In this document: positions 14,447-28,406 of the stretch, piece after piece
Position numbering within the stretch: position 1 is the first letter of the stretch
How the letters are laid out: the number at the start of each line of letters is the position of its first letter
From: Kudoa neothunni
Taxonomy: Eukaryota > Animalia > Cnidaria
Direction: 5' to 3'
Length of the DNA stretch: 64,000 bases
NCBI GenBank assembly: GCA_964304625.1
Contig: OZ199840.1
Span: forward strand, 3,485,631-3,549,630
Position numbers and translations under genes: made by a program
The notes under the pieces: generated by a model
The model's input: only the letters and a program-made list of their open reading frames with translations
Told to the model about the DNA's origin: nothing
The model's database searches: none

Positions 14447-15143
14447 TTAAATAACCGTTTAGTTTGAATTCTTAACTTAATTATTTAATGTTCTGTCAGA
14501 TAAATAATATTCTCAGCAGGATATAATAACATTATTGAAACCAAATAATCAATAGCTTGATAACTTGAACTAAAAAGAGAAGTAAAAAATAATATATTCG
14601 GCCAATGAATCAATAAATATATTTCGACCTGATTTTAAATTAAAAAAATGTGGCGTTATAATTTATTGTTTAAATATTAATTTTCTGTAATTATAACCAA
14701 TATGTTTCATAAAAAATAATAAATTTGTTTGTGACATAAGTTTAAATTAAATTATTAAAAAATTAACATTAGGTAATCAGTTTTACGCAATTTCCTCAAA
14801 ACCGCGAAAAAATGTGCAAAATCAATGCGTCATGTGCTCACAACATGCATGCATAATTTCGAATCTTTATAAATTTTGTAGAAATATATACTCTTACTTC
14901 ATATATTTGTTATACATCGAGCTATTCAAATGGAATTGTATATATACATTTAAATAACCGGGAATTATTGATTCTATCAAGATTATTAATGAATTTTATC
15001 CGATTTGATTGTTATATACAAAATTTCGCTAAAAATAGATTAATTTAAACATTGATATTTACTTAAGAAAAATATAAAGGTATGATAATTAACTAGCATC
15101 TGCGAATAAATATAATATTGATATATTAGATAAAAAAGTATAA

Positions 15144-15963
15144 TTAGACACAATTTTGTTTTGGTAGAGGAAATGAATTTTCTCCTTTTAATTCATTTGT
15201 GGTGACTAATGAGGAATAATGTGGAGGTTCTTCATTGTGTACAATGTAGGGTGGAGGTTGGGGTTCAGAGGGTGAATCGTAAGGATAATGTGATATCGGT
15301 TCGAAGTCAATGGAAAGCAGCGGTTGTACGGGAGGGTCACCAGACATCTCATCTTAATAATGTAAAAATGAACAGAGCAGTAGATTTCGTCGAAAATTAA
15401 TACCATCCACTTGTTGAGTTCCAAGTGTGGATGTCTTTTTCATATGACAGCACTCATGATACACTGATATACAAAATAATATGAAGGCGAAACCAAGCAG
15501 AGCACAATAAATATTCCAGCCCATGTATTCAATGTCATTGCGCCGATTATTCCTTCTAGGGATGTGATAATTTGTGACATCACCTTACCAAGAAGTTATA
15601 TAAGAATTAGCCTAGAGGTCGAACCGACAAACAACGTTTAGATACTAGTGGTATTAGTTTTGTTGCAACAATGTTCCTGTGCGTATTTACTATCCAAATA
15701 AAAAAAATTAGATCCGCAGACCACATTAGAGCAAAGCGTTCCTAAATCAAATTTTTGACGGGAACAGATACACTGCACACATGGCAGATCTTTATTCATC
15801 ACGTAATACTCATTCGACCGAACTGCAGTGTTGTCTGGTTCAAAACAAATATACGCGTCTATTGATGTAAAAATAAACATCGCATTAAACATTGAGGAAT
15901 TCAATAACAATATTAACCGGTGGGAAGTAGAAAATAATTCAACAGTAACACTAATAGAAGCAT
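15144..15963 (-). CDS. DGCR2-like membrane protein: signal peptide, 8-Cys VWC-like domain, TM, two PPxY (array member 2)
   Basis: Four exons, all introns phase 1: MLLLVLLLNYFLLPT|DAYICFEPDN..PCVQCIC..HCC|..MGWNIYCALLGFAFILFCISVYHECC..|..QPPPY..EPPHY..stop. Confidence 0.85.
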
Positions 15964-16334
15964 CAACCACGAGGCTATATTAAAAAGGGCTTATGTCACT
16001 GAATCCGTTTTATTAAGGAAGCGGCTATTCATACGAGACCGTATAATCCCTTCTCGGGGCCATCTATTCTTGCGTCGATGAATACCTTTTTTCCTACTTT
16101 AGATATTTTGAATCTGAATTTAAAAATATTTGATTACATTTTTTTCCTATAAAATCTTGAATTTTGAATTCTTATAAATTGTAATTTTAATCTTTTCACG
16201 CCGAGATTTTTTTGACTGAGAAAAAATATTTGATAACATATATGACAATTTTAAGGCAAAATAAATCATGTGTATCAATTTTGGGCTTGATCATGCTAAA
16301 ATAAAAAAGTCACATGCATGATGTTATATAGCAT

Positions 16335-17075
16335 CACTCGGCCGTCCCAAATTTTCAAAAACGGGAGTCACCAAAGTACGGCCCTCCGATACATTCAATC
16401 CGGCCTGCGGCGTCCCCCCTTTTAATTCTATTGTGCTTATGCGTACTTATTTGTATCGGTTCGCTTGAGGATTGCCGTTAAATTACTTTTGCAGGTGAGT
16501 ACTGATTAAAATTCTTCATTTAATTCCTTATAGTATGTTTTTAAATTTAATTAAAACTAACGCGAACTTGTCAGCTTTGCTTGAAGATTTCGCATCGAGA
16601 CGTTTCTTAATAAACTTTAACGTGGTGTTTAGCTCAAAAGAATCGAAATGGTTTTACTCTCAACCTTGTCTCATTTATAATCGTGATTTCCCCCGATTTT
16701 GATTTAACCTAATGTAGTATTGATTATTTATTTTCGGTTTGTAAGCCCCGTCCGTATACATAAATCTTGCCTGATGTTAGTTGGATCATCGTGAGTTTCC
16801 TTTCGCGCTGTTTTTGACCAAGTGGAGATTGAAAGAGTTAATTTTTCAGGTAAATCGATAAATTAAGTTAAATTTGATTAAAAAAATTTCACGTTTAATG
16901 CGAAAATAAGTATATATTAATCGCTTTCAAATATTAATGTGACAGGAAGTCAGATTAAAAATTATAAGTGGTCGAAATTAAAATACCAATATTTTTAAAA
17001 AAAGGTTGGAAACAGAATTTTTTTCAAGAAAGAGTGGGACGCGATGAAAACAAAGATTGGGAACGCCAAACTAGA
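16335..17075. mobile_element. Degenerate hAT (Charlie/Buster-like) non-autonomous element
   Basis: CGGCCC/CGGCCTGCGG subterminal-like motifs at ~16340-16410; 3' half homologous to 110-530. Boundaries approximate. Confidence 0.55.
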
Positions 17076-18865
17076 CGTAGTTATTAATCTAATCTTTCTG
17101 GTTGATATACGTATGTTTTTTGTCATTCATTAAAATTGCTCACTCGTTGTTAGTCGTAATATTTTAAATGATGTCATGTTTAAATGATTTATTCTATTAA
17201 TGATCGTTTATAATCGTTCTATCCAAACTACATACGCATTATTTACTACATTGGTAAAAACATAATTCTACTAAAAGAAAATCACTGCCACCCATATAAA
17301 TTATAGATTTATTTAATATTTAGCTAATAAGAGTTACAAAATAATTAAATAAACTAGAAATAAAGAAAATTTTTAATAATTATAGACAAATCTATCCTCT
17401 ATTTAAGATCGGCTCTAATCGCATATTCTCGGGGTTTATATTTTTTTCGAAATTCGATATGAATTCGTCTACAAATTTCTTTTAAATATTGCGAATAAGT
17501 TTTTAAATGCATTTGAGATAAAATAATGCAAGAAAATTGTGGGGCCATATATGATCCCAAAAGCTCCAAGTTTATAGTAAGTTCCGGACCACTCCACTCG
17601 GAAGGTTAAAAACAGATAAACAAACATTTGACCAAAAATTAATTTTCGAAGATGCGATATTCATTAACCCTGAATTATAGGTAAAGCTGCTCCCCTAATT
17701 TATGACTACATTAAGGTTTACTATACCAAATATTTTATATCGATTTAAAGTTTATTTAATAATTATATAAATTTATAAGAGTTTTATTGAGAATTAGATT
17801 GTAAATATGATGTTCTTCTCATAATTAAAAACTAAATTTAAAGTATTATTATCGTAGAAAATCCAAATCTGAACATTTTCCCCAAATTAATTAATCAAAC
17901 CTTAATTCATACAAAAATTATAAGAAACTATATTTAATCCAATAAGATATATTTAAAATTTCACGATATAAACTACCAATCTTTATCATAAATTAACCAA
18001 TAAAAGTAGTCAAAATATGGACTAAATTAAAAATATGAATATTTTAATAAAATAAACAATTTAAAAACAAAAAAATGTGTTTATAAGTAATCATACGTTT
18101 ATTCGTTAGGATTATACAAATCCCGCTGTGTGGTGTGAGAAGCTATTAATCGAAAATAATTTAAGAACAAACATCAACTTATTTATTTGTCATCTATGCG
18201 ATGAAGATTTTAAATACATAAAAAGTTTCCACGACCTAATTAATTTATTTTTATGTAAAAAATTGTATTAAAAATATATTATTTTATTCAAAAATATAGC
18301 TCTATTCGGGCGACAATAATTTCAGTTGACTTTTGGGCATAAATCGTGCTTATTTGCCATTATTCTCCTAAAACTTAATAGGATAAAACTGTGTATTGGT
18401 TTTATTGATGAAGAAGCAGATCCAATAAAATATTAAATAGAACTTTCATAAACTAAAATTATATTCTATAGATTATTAAATTTTATAATTAACAAAATTA
18501 ATCAATTCATAAAATCCATAACTAAAATTTGAAACCTATATAGATATTACCAAAAAATGTATCCTCTTTATTAAATTTATTTTTAAATTTTATTATAAAA
18601 ATTCTTACGTAATAAGTCGTCTCTTCTGTTAGAATTTAGAATGGTATTAGTTCATTTCTTTGTATAAGATTTTGGATTATAGAAAATACCTTTAAATAAA
18701 TGTAAATATGAAGCAAATATTACAACAATTTAACATATATCAAGAAATAAAATTTTACATCAATTTTCTGAAATCTCTATTTCTAACCTATAATATATAA
18801 TAAGTTATTATGAACCACTATTAGAGGCTTGCAGAAAACGAATGAAATGAAAAACGAATAAAAAA

Positions 18866-19674
18866 TTATTCTGGAGGATCTTGCGTATCTTTCCTATTAG
18901 ATGTATTAACGTTATCTAATGTTGAATATTCAGGTGGTTGTTCGCCTTCGACAGCGTAGGGAGGGGGTTGTGGTTCCGGTGTCAAATAAATAAAAATCGG
19001 CGGTGCCAGTTGACAATCATTTTCGGGCTGAGTATGCATTGGTATTGGTGATTCGTTAGAATTTTGGTCTAAAAGATTAGAAATTATCTTATACATTAGT
19101 TCCATATATAGTGGTACTATTTGGTAGTCGGACATCAGGGTTGAGTGAATTACTCTTGTAATTATATTGGAGATAGATGAACGTACCATAGATTGCCAGC
19201 GCTAATAATACGACACCTAGTGTCATAAGCATGTGTCGACTTCTTGTTTTTCTGTCGTTAATTGCGTGATGATTTGTTTTTGTATAACCTTTTTCTGGAG
19301 TACTCCCTAGACAGCCAAGTAAACATGGAATTTCCTATTCGAGTGATAATTTAATTACTAATGGTGATGGTTTCGTTGCAACAATGTTTTCGTGCGTACT
19401 TGCTATCCATCCCAAAAAGATTGAATCCACAATGAACCTTCACGCAAAACAATTGACGATCATCTATTTTTAAACAGGGACACTGAACACATGGAGTATT
19501 CCCATTTTCTACATAATAATCAGGCGAGCTAACAGTTGAATTGTCCGGCTCAAAACATATTAACGATTCCGTACGTACTACAGTAACATCATACTGAATG
19601 AAATTGAAGATTTAAAATGAAATGTTACTTAAAGTAGGTAGAAATGAGAAAGAATATAAAACAATTTCCAGCAT
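18866..19674 (-). CDS. DGCR2-like membrane protein: signal peptide, 8-Cys VWC-like domain, TM, two PPxY (array member 3)
   Basis: MLEIVLYSFSFLPTL|..ICFEPDNSTVSSPDYYVENGNTPCVQCPCLKIDDRQLFCVKVHCGFNLFGMDSKYARKHCC (exon 19577-19359, missed by the ORF track)|..MLMTLGVVLLALAIYGTFIYL..|..QPPPY..QPPEY. Confidence 0.85.
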
Positions 19675-21769
19675 CTATCAACTGGCTATATTCAAGCAGA
19701 TGTATAGCCAATGAATCTATTATATTGAGATTCAATCTGATTATTAACGTGCACTAATAATGATAAAATTATTTATTTATTTGAGGAATTTCTTATACAG
19801 AAAATATTATTATATATTAAAGCTATTAGTAGTTTTTGTGTGACCATGAAAACGTTAATCAGGCTGGTTACTAGCTCAGTGATTATTTAAGTGTAAACCT
19901 CAAATAAAGAGTGTTTGAATAAGTGATTAAAGTGTCGTGATAACGAACATTTAACTATCTGATGTCAATACTATTATATTAGAAATAATAACAGTTTATA
20001 TGAAAACTCTTTCTCGATATCTCAATGATAATAACCGTTGGCTTCAATAAAAGTTTCCTATCAATTAAATTATGTTTGGAGTTTAAATTGGTTTATTATC
20101 CTGAAGAATGACATTCCGAGATCCAATGAACGTAGTCAAATCCACAATAGACTTTTTCATAAATTATACCTTAATTTATACAAAAGTTTATCATTTATAT
20201 AAAAATGGGAAAATGTCCAAAAATAATTCATTATTTGATATATATTTTTAAGTGGATAAAATTAATACTTTTTATCGTTTTGTAGCATTTTTATCAACCA
20301 TGTAAAATCTTTTAAATTGTCATATTTATAAATAATATTCCTTCTAATATATTAAAACATTAAAACTATGTATTCCATCAAGAAATTATAAATTTTTTTT
20401 AATGAATTTGATAGTATTTAATGTTTCAAGCATACGTTCGTCGAAGATATGTATAATAAAAATATTTAAGTGACTTTGTTTATCTATTGTCTAGTTTCAA
20501 CTTTATCTTTACTGAATTTATTGATTTAAATAAAACAGCTATTCAAACCCAACTTATAAAATGAATTCACGTATTTTTGAAATTTCTTTAGTTATGATCA
20601 TTCCCCGAGAAGTATAAAGCAATGTTACTCTATTCGTACGGCGTAAGAATAGCTGGTGAAAATTTGGACAATTTTGATGGAACATGAAACTTTATCATGA
20701 CGAATGATAAGGGATGTTGGAGCTCGGATAATCTCTAAGGTCAGCGAGAGAATGATTAGTAGTTAGAAATCACTTTGCATATAATATATCCAGACAAATT
20801 TGTCCAACTTTTTTTAAATGTCTTATTTTTTCATTTTTACTTGTTGAAAGGGTGAATAATCGCAAAAATATGTTTCAAAACTAATAAATTATTACAAATT
20901 CACCAAAAAAGGAAATATAATCGTGATTTATTTCATGACGAAAACTCTTCAAATAGAGGTTCTTATCATTAGGGAAATGCTTTATTTCCAATTAAAATAT
21001 GCGTGGTGTAAGTTCACCAAAGGCAAGTTAAAATTATACAATTTAATCGTTCATTCTTCAAGCCATGAAATACAGAATTTCAGGCTAAAAATAACATGCC
21101 TAAATTTATATAAATCAAGACTTTTATAATGAAATGTTTTAAATGAGAAAATTTTTTTTTATTTTTTGCATCATGAATTGCAACGCGCAGTCTTATCATG
21201 TCCACAGATTATTTTGGAATTTTCGCGAGGCGTGTTGTGCATGCTGAAATTCTGAACTATTAAATTATATAATAGCTCGTTGAGGTTAGAGAGATCAATC
21301 GTTAAGCTATCGTTACAAATGGTTATTTAATATTCAAAAAAATTTTATTTTAGTTAATACCTAAATAAATAAAATTCTAATTGAAAATTATCTACTTGAC
21401 TAATTTTTCTTTATTTTAATGGTTGAATTTTAGTTCATAAAAATATAAAGTCATCTAGGTATAGTTATTTTGTTCAACCATCGCGTAAATGGCTGTAACG
21501 CAATTATTTGAAGTTAATGGAATTGAACCGACTCAAAAACAAAGTTTGATGAATTAAATTAGTAATAATCGCATTTTCGAGCATCACTTATCAATGAAAT
21601 AGTTTTCATTCTATCGAAAAATATTGTATATCTCTAATTTAACTAACTTTAAGTAGCGCTTTTCGGAATGAATACTTTTTCCTACCGAAACTATCAAAAC
21701 CACCAAAAGAAATAAAATGTTTTGCTCTACAATAAAAGATCTTATTCGAATATAGGAATTTTTCAGCAT

Positions 21770-21923
21770 ATCGACTAAGTAACGTCATAACATTAAAATT
21801 TCTGAGTAAATTATAAATTTTGATATATAATTAAATATCAGTTTGGGTTTTACAAAAAATCTTGCTTTTCCTAATTTTTCCGACGAAAATATGACCGGAT
21901 ATCCGATTTGGTCGGCAATGCTG
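21770..21923. repeat. hAT-like terminal fragment, dispersed repeat (also at ~48715-48865)
   Basis: Shared TTTCTGAGTAAATTATAAATT, ATATAATTAAATAT and TTTTACAAAAAAT; ends GGCAATGCTG / GGCAACGCTG (CAG.GTTGCC-type TIR). Confidence 0.6.
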
Positions 21924-23565
21924 CGAATGACACTCCTTTTTTATGTATTCAAATAGCAGACACAGAATTTTGATTAGAATTTTCTCATTGAAGAAAAACG
22001 ATAAAATAATGTATTAACATAACTCATAGATTTATAAATAACCTTTTATTTTAACAATACTCTTTTATGGTTACTATAGTGGCAACTTTAAATAAACATT
22101 TTTGACACTTTCAGACGAACAAATACATTAAAATTATAGCAGATGTTAGAGTAACACAAGAATTCCTGAAATTATGGAAATAAGCAGGCACTAATATCAC
22201 TAGAATTTTACAAAAGGTGGTACGTCCGAAAGCTTTAGTTGTAAGAACTGACTACAACAATGCGGCTTTTTGTTTCCATTGATGCATCTTTCAATATCTC
22301 ACGAAGGTGTGCGGATCAAAGGAAGATTTAGCTACTTACATGATTATCTAACGATTCAAACAAACATGGATGATCGGTTGCACACTATGGGAGTCAAATA
22401 TTGTTGACTTTGTATCCAATTCAATTAATCACGATGTGTGTTTGATGAATATATAACTTATCGTATCCAAACTAGTTGTTCCCACCCCTTTATTTTGGCG
22501 TAAAAAAGTTACTTTTGGAAAGGGATGGCGCGAGATCGGATCACAATTTGGAATAATACTTTAAAAATTTTAAAAATAACATAGTTATATATTTTTCAAT
22601 ATATAAATTGTAAAAAAGTAATGAATACATGATTATTTTTCTTGGTTTGATAAATTTTCTTGTACTATACCGCAGAAATATCTTACGAGACGCTTTTAAT
22701 TCATAAAATTAATGAACGACATTTTTAATTATTTCATTAAATAAGAAGAGAGAGTTACTAGTAATAAATTAAAAAGTAATAAAATGGAAATTAATATTGG
22801 TTTATCGACATATTTTAAAATAGTAAAATTGCGCTGGAACGATAAAATGCAATCATCTTTACTTAATTCTTCGAGCTAACTAATTCTACATTAAAGTAAG
22901 ATTAATTACTTTCGAAATTCTAAGTGAGCTACGCCTTATCGTATACAGAACCAGAGTGTATTTAGTTTTTTCATCAAACAGGGGAAGTCCGCCTTGAGTT
23001 GGGAAGCGCTGTTCTAATTTAATTTATTAGAAATGTAAATGCATGAAAGGATAGACTCTATTATTAATTTTTAGCCGGCTATATTAATACCTCACTCAAG
23101 AAAAATAAGAGAATAGTTTGGAGACCACTTGCATATTAATGAACTAGACTACTTAGCACTAAATTCCAATAAGAATTGCCCGAATTTTAATTATTGAGGT
23201 ATTATAAGAAAATCTAATTTGTAAATTATGCACATAATAATATACAGTATTTTTAGCTATATATTTTATTTTAGCCAAGCACAATAAAACGAGTATACAG
23301 GCCGGTTTATAAACTCACGCCGTTTTAATATATTTTATTATTAAATATAAAAGGTATTTTCAAGTGAAATTCAAATAAATTAATACATATTATTCAATTA
23401 TTTAGATATTAAAATAACATCTAAATAAGTAGCTAGATTGAAAATTACTTTATATATTTAGTAGGTTGTTTGAGAATCTATCTTGAGATGTGCATTTTTC
23501 GAAACGTATCACTTTTTATACCTAACAAATATTATATGCATTAATGAGATATATATTTATATATA

Positions 23566-24399
23566 CAGTCAATGACCGGCATTATCCATTTTTTAAAAAT
23601 CAACACAATGTGAATAATCAAATGTACAAGCTATATATAATATTTTTTTAATGTTTGTATTAATGAATTTGGATATTAATAATATAATAAGGTTGAGAAA
23701 GTTCGAGATTGTTAATCACGTGACTAGTATGTTTAAGCACTTTTTTCGGAACATTTTTGAAAGAATTAAATGAAATGAACAAAAATCAATTCAAAACATG
23801 GAATAATAAAATAAGTCCACAATATCTCCCCAAAAGTTGCCAATTTTTTTACTATAAAGAACCAGACATATCCTTCATATCCAACCCCTATGGCATCTTA
23901 AAAGACAAAAATAAATTTATTTAAATGATTGAACACAAGCCGATTATTGTTTTAATTTGCAAATTTATTAAAATTAATTTAAAAAAGTATCCAAGTTTGA
24001 CAAAAGAGATCGATCAATCATGATAGCGATGATGAAAATTAGATTTCAAAATATTTGTACGAATTTTTTGTGGCCGAAATAATAAATTATTTTATTTTTA
24101 AATTATAAAAATTATTTGTTTCTTAAATGTAAGCAATTTAGTTATATTAAATAGTTACGAATATTATTATACGGGCGCGCTAATTAGTACGTAAAACTAG
24201 GTGTTACCAATTTCACACACATTTTCCGCGATTCGAGAAGGATTACTTTAAAACGGTTGACGACTGTGCTTTCATTAAAAAAGTATTAAACGGTTTACCA
24301 AAATTTGCGTTTTTGAATTAAGTTATCTAGAAAATTATTGAATAATTTTCTGTGACAATCGCTCAGCTCAGAAAAGTACGTAAAACCGGTCACTGACTA
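23566..24399. mobile_element. Tc1/mariner-superfamily MITE
   Basis: TA-CAGTCAATGACCGG ... CCGGTCACTGACTA-TA inverted ends; repeated AGTACGTAAAAC at ~24186 and ~24375. Confidence 0.7.
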
Positions 24400-24460
24400 T
24401 ATATATACATATGTAATCAATAAAACAATTTTTTTATTTAACTAGAAAATATAGCTAATT

Positions 24461-25245
24461 TTAATTATATTTTGGTGGATGTTGTACATTTTTTTTATCG
24501 GGTTTATTTGTTTTATTTGATTTATCGTAACGAGGTGGTTCTTGATCATGAGCGGAGTAAATTGGTGGTTCAGGATGATATGACGAATCAGCAGGATTTT
24601 GAGTAGTCATTTCAAAGTAATTTGGTGGTTTGGGCTGTGTGTTGAAATTTGGGGAAGTTGAAGCTAAAAGTGAAACAATCATTAAATAAATTTTACATTT
24701 CAGAAATTTACTATTTTGATGTCGATTGTTCGAATTTGTAATATTTTTTTTATAAATCCATTCGTAATAAATCGAGAGTATAAATAATGCGAAAGAAAAA
24801 AGTATGAACACAGTAACATAAGTCCAATTTGAAACAGTTTGAATGTAATTTCCAAATTCAATTTCCTTTAGTCTTCTTTGAGGGATTTTTGCTAATCAAA
24901 AATCGATGTAGACCGTAGTAATATACATGTATATATACGTGTAGTTAGAATATATTTGCAACAATGTTTGACGGCGTATTTACTATAATATTGCATAATT
25001 TCAAAATAACAATGAATCGCTGAACAACGAATTTTTGAAGTGGAAGTTGGCTCATCGCAACGACACTGAAAGCACGGCAAATCTTTATTTACCACATAAA
25101 ATTTCCCCACTGGAACAGTAGTATTGTCTGGCTCCATGCAATGAAATGTCTCCGTATCTATATTCGTATATTATATAGGGATTCCTAAAATTATGCCACT
25201 TGTAGCTTGCAGTAATGAAAAGAAATATAGCACGATTTCAAGCAT
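24461..25245 (-). CDS. DGCR2-like membrane protein: signal peptide, 8-Cys VWC-like domain, TM, four PPxY (array member 4)
   Basis: MLEIVLYFFSLLQAT|..HCMEPDN..PCFQCRC..C..C..SKYAVKHCC|..WTYVTVFILFSFALFILSIYY..|PPNY, PPIY, PPRY, PPKY. Confidence 0.85.
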
Positions 25246-28200
25246 CTTTCACCAAATGTACTATAGAAGCTTAAGACAAAAGAAACTGTTCTATTGAATT
25301 CTAATCTGATTACTGCAACCGCATATGACTCTTGAAGTATTTGATGGTGGTTACTCATTTAACTTAATATTACTTTATACTGAAAGTTATATGATGTTTT
25401 CCATCGTTCCAACATAAATCAATGTATGAAATGAGAAAATGAAATATTTTTGTAAAAAACTGTCAATTGTAGAATACGAATAAGTCATTATATAATCGTA
25501 TTAACGAATTTTATCCATTTTATAGATGAATACAATAATACTATCAATAATAGTATGTCTCTAAAGGTCAACAGCCAAGATGGTAAAAATAGAAACATGG
25601 TTGTTTTAAATCATATTTCATCAAGCACTGGATGAATTAATAAGTATACTTGCAATAGTTATAATACTTTACATTGTTCAATCGAATAAATTTTTCTAAC
25701 TATAATAGTTAAAAACTTAAATTATTGATACGCTCCTGGGTTTTTCTCACTCATATTAATAATAAAATTGGAATTTATTAGAATAAAATAGGCAATAATC
25801 CATCAAATTCCTCCTGTTCATTCAAAATTTTATTTATAACTACTATTTTAAAATTTTTAAAGAAATCAAGGTAAGTTAGCGATTCATTTTTAGTTGTTCG
25901 TTATATGAATATAAATATATGTAAACTTCGTTTCGTAATTTTCCTTGTAATAATCCAAACTTAGTATATTTGATCCATTATTAGGCCCTGAAAAATTCCC
26001 CCTAAAAAATTACAGGCATAATGTATAAAGGGTTTTTAAATATCACCACAAGGGCCCCATTTAAAATGACTAATAAAATATGGGTAATTTAAAAAAAACA
26101 ACGCAGAATAGTATATATATTGTAGAATTTATTGATATAAATTTTTATCTCCATTATATTGAAAATTACATTTGTAGAACAATGCCATATTACCGGTTTC
26201 CAAACATGATAAATGTTTCATCATTGAGAAATTTCCTACAAGAAAAACATGAAAGTTAATTTAAACGAGCATGCGAAGATAAAATAGTAGTTTTCTATCT
26301 AATAAGTTTTAATTAAAGTTGAGAAATGCATAATAAAAATAGTTTTATTATTTTGATATATCTGTTCAATTAAATGTAAATAATTCGAATCAAGAGAATA
26401 TTATTTTTAAAAAATTAATATGCGTATAAAAATAAAAACAATTAGTTTATAGTCAAATTTTATCAAATTGAAACACCATAAAATTATATAATTCCATAAA
26501 TATTACACTTGTGACTGTATTAACTTTTAAAATTTCAGAATATGACGAAACCTGTTATGTTATTTAATGTAATTTATTATTACTCGAACTATTAAATGAG
26601 TGATGTTTATTTTGATAACATATTATTAGTCGATATAATATATAATGGTATTTTACATTGGTTTAAAAATTTAAAACGGAAAATTAAACGAGTGTATTAT
26701 AAAATATTTCTTCTATGACTATGACTAAAACGGCTCATGATCTCAAAAGGAATGTTTCTGTGGTCGTAAAAATATTATTGTATTTTTTATATCTTCAGCT
26801 GTTTAAAATTTATATTTTTTGATATGAATGATAACAAAATAAAATTTTCTTTTAATATTAGTTTTAATAGCACCTCCAACGCTGAGCCATCCTAGTTTCT
26901 GAGCTTGAAATTGTTTTAGATTGAAACTCCATTCGATTTTTTCTATGCTATTAATAATACACCTTATGAATACGAAAAAGGTACCGTACATTACAACGGA
27001 TGGATATATTTACTACAATAACGCTTACATCAAACTTTTGATTTTGAAAATATAAATAACAATTAAATTACTGTAAATAAAATAATCAGTTTATTTTTAT
27101 TTTTAAATTGACAAATTACGTATGAATTTTGTCGTAATTTTGTTAAAGAATTTATGTCTGTATTGGATTTTAAATAAAATTAATTATAAATATCACAGTT
27201 TTTATCACGAATGGTGTATTCACTAACACAAAGGTCACCAAAGTACAGTCTGGGTCTCCTCATTAAAACTCACTTCGCGTGTGTGCACATGAAACTATGT
27301 CAGTTCTCTTGGAGACCGTCTGTACTTGATTATAGTAGATGTGTGTTGATTAAAACCACTTATTTAATTCCTTATGATGGATTTATTGATTTTAAATTAA
27401 AATTAAAAAAAAATCAACACATTAATATGGCAATGTTGTGAATGTAAAGCATACCATTCGACAGGTACACTTTTCAATGATTATTCGAAGGAAATGCATC
27501 CAATAATTTAAAATACTTAATTAATTAAAACTTAGAATTTAAAATTAAATAAATAAAATAAAAACGTTCTTTAATTTTTTATAAAAAACAAATGAAACTA
27601 TTGTTTATCTTAGGTATTATAGAAAATATTTGAGTTTCACTTTTCCAAAATAAATAGAGATTTATAGTTAGGATTATTAGACTGCTTGCTGTTTAAATTT
27701 AGTGCCTGGGGTTTTCAGGCCTTGTAAAACCAATAATTTATAATTGAAATGCAGTAACTCTATTTTTCAACAAATTAAGTAAACTATTTCCAACATATTA
27801 TGTAATTATTCGTTTAACACCATTATTAAAATAATAATATAGTCCAAAATATTATGGATGGGCCGGTAGTTAATCTGACAATAGTAAAATTTTGATCAAT
27901 CCTTTCAATATATTTATACACTAACATGTAATTATACTGCAATAATTCCACATATTTAAAAAATAACAATTAGGAGATTTTTTATTTAATAATTCCATAA
28001 TTAATTATTATATTTAATGAATTAAAAAACTACAATTAAATATAGGTTATCAAAATGACGCTTATTACGAAGATATTATTGGATTGTTTCATTCGAGAAT
28101 AATTAAATGCAAATAAATGATTTGTTTTATACTGTAAATCCGCTAATATTCATTTGATGCCAATCTAAATTACTTTCTGTTGGTTTTAATTTCCTAAAAA

Positions 28201-28406
28201 ATAAAGAAAACCATTAAAATTTGTTGAGATAAAAATTTTAATTATTATAAACATATTATGAAGCTATTAATCTAAATATAATATTAATAATGAATAATTA
28301 ATTCAATTGATTCGTTATGAAAATAATTTATTCGTTAGTTGTACAAATGAGAATTATCCGTTTGAATGCAACCCGAAAAGCCGATTGTTTTATAATTAGG
28401 TCCATT

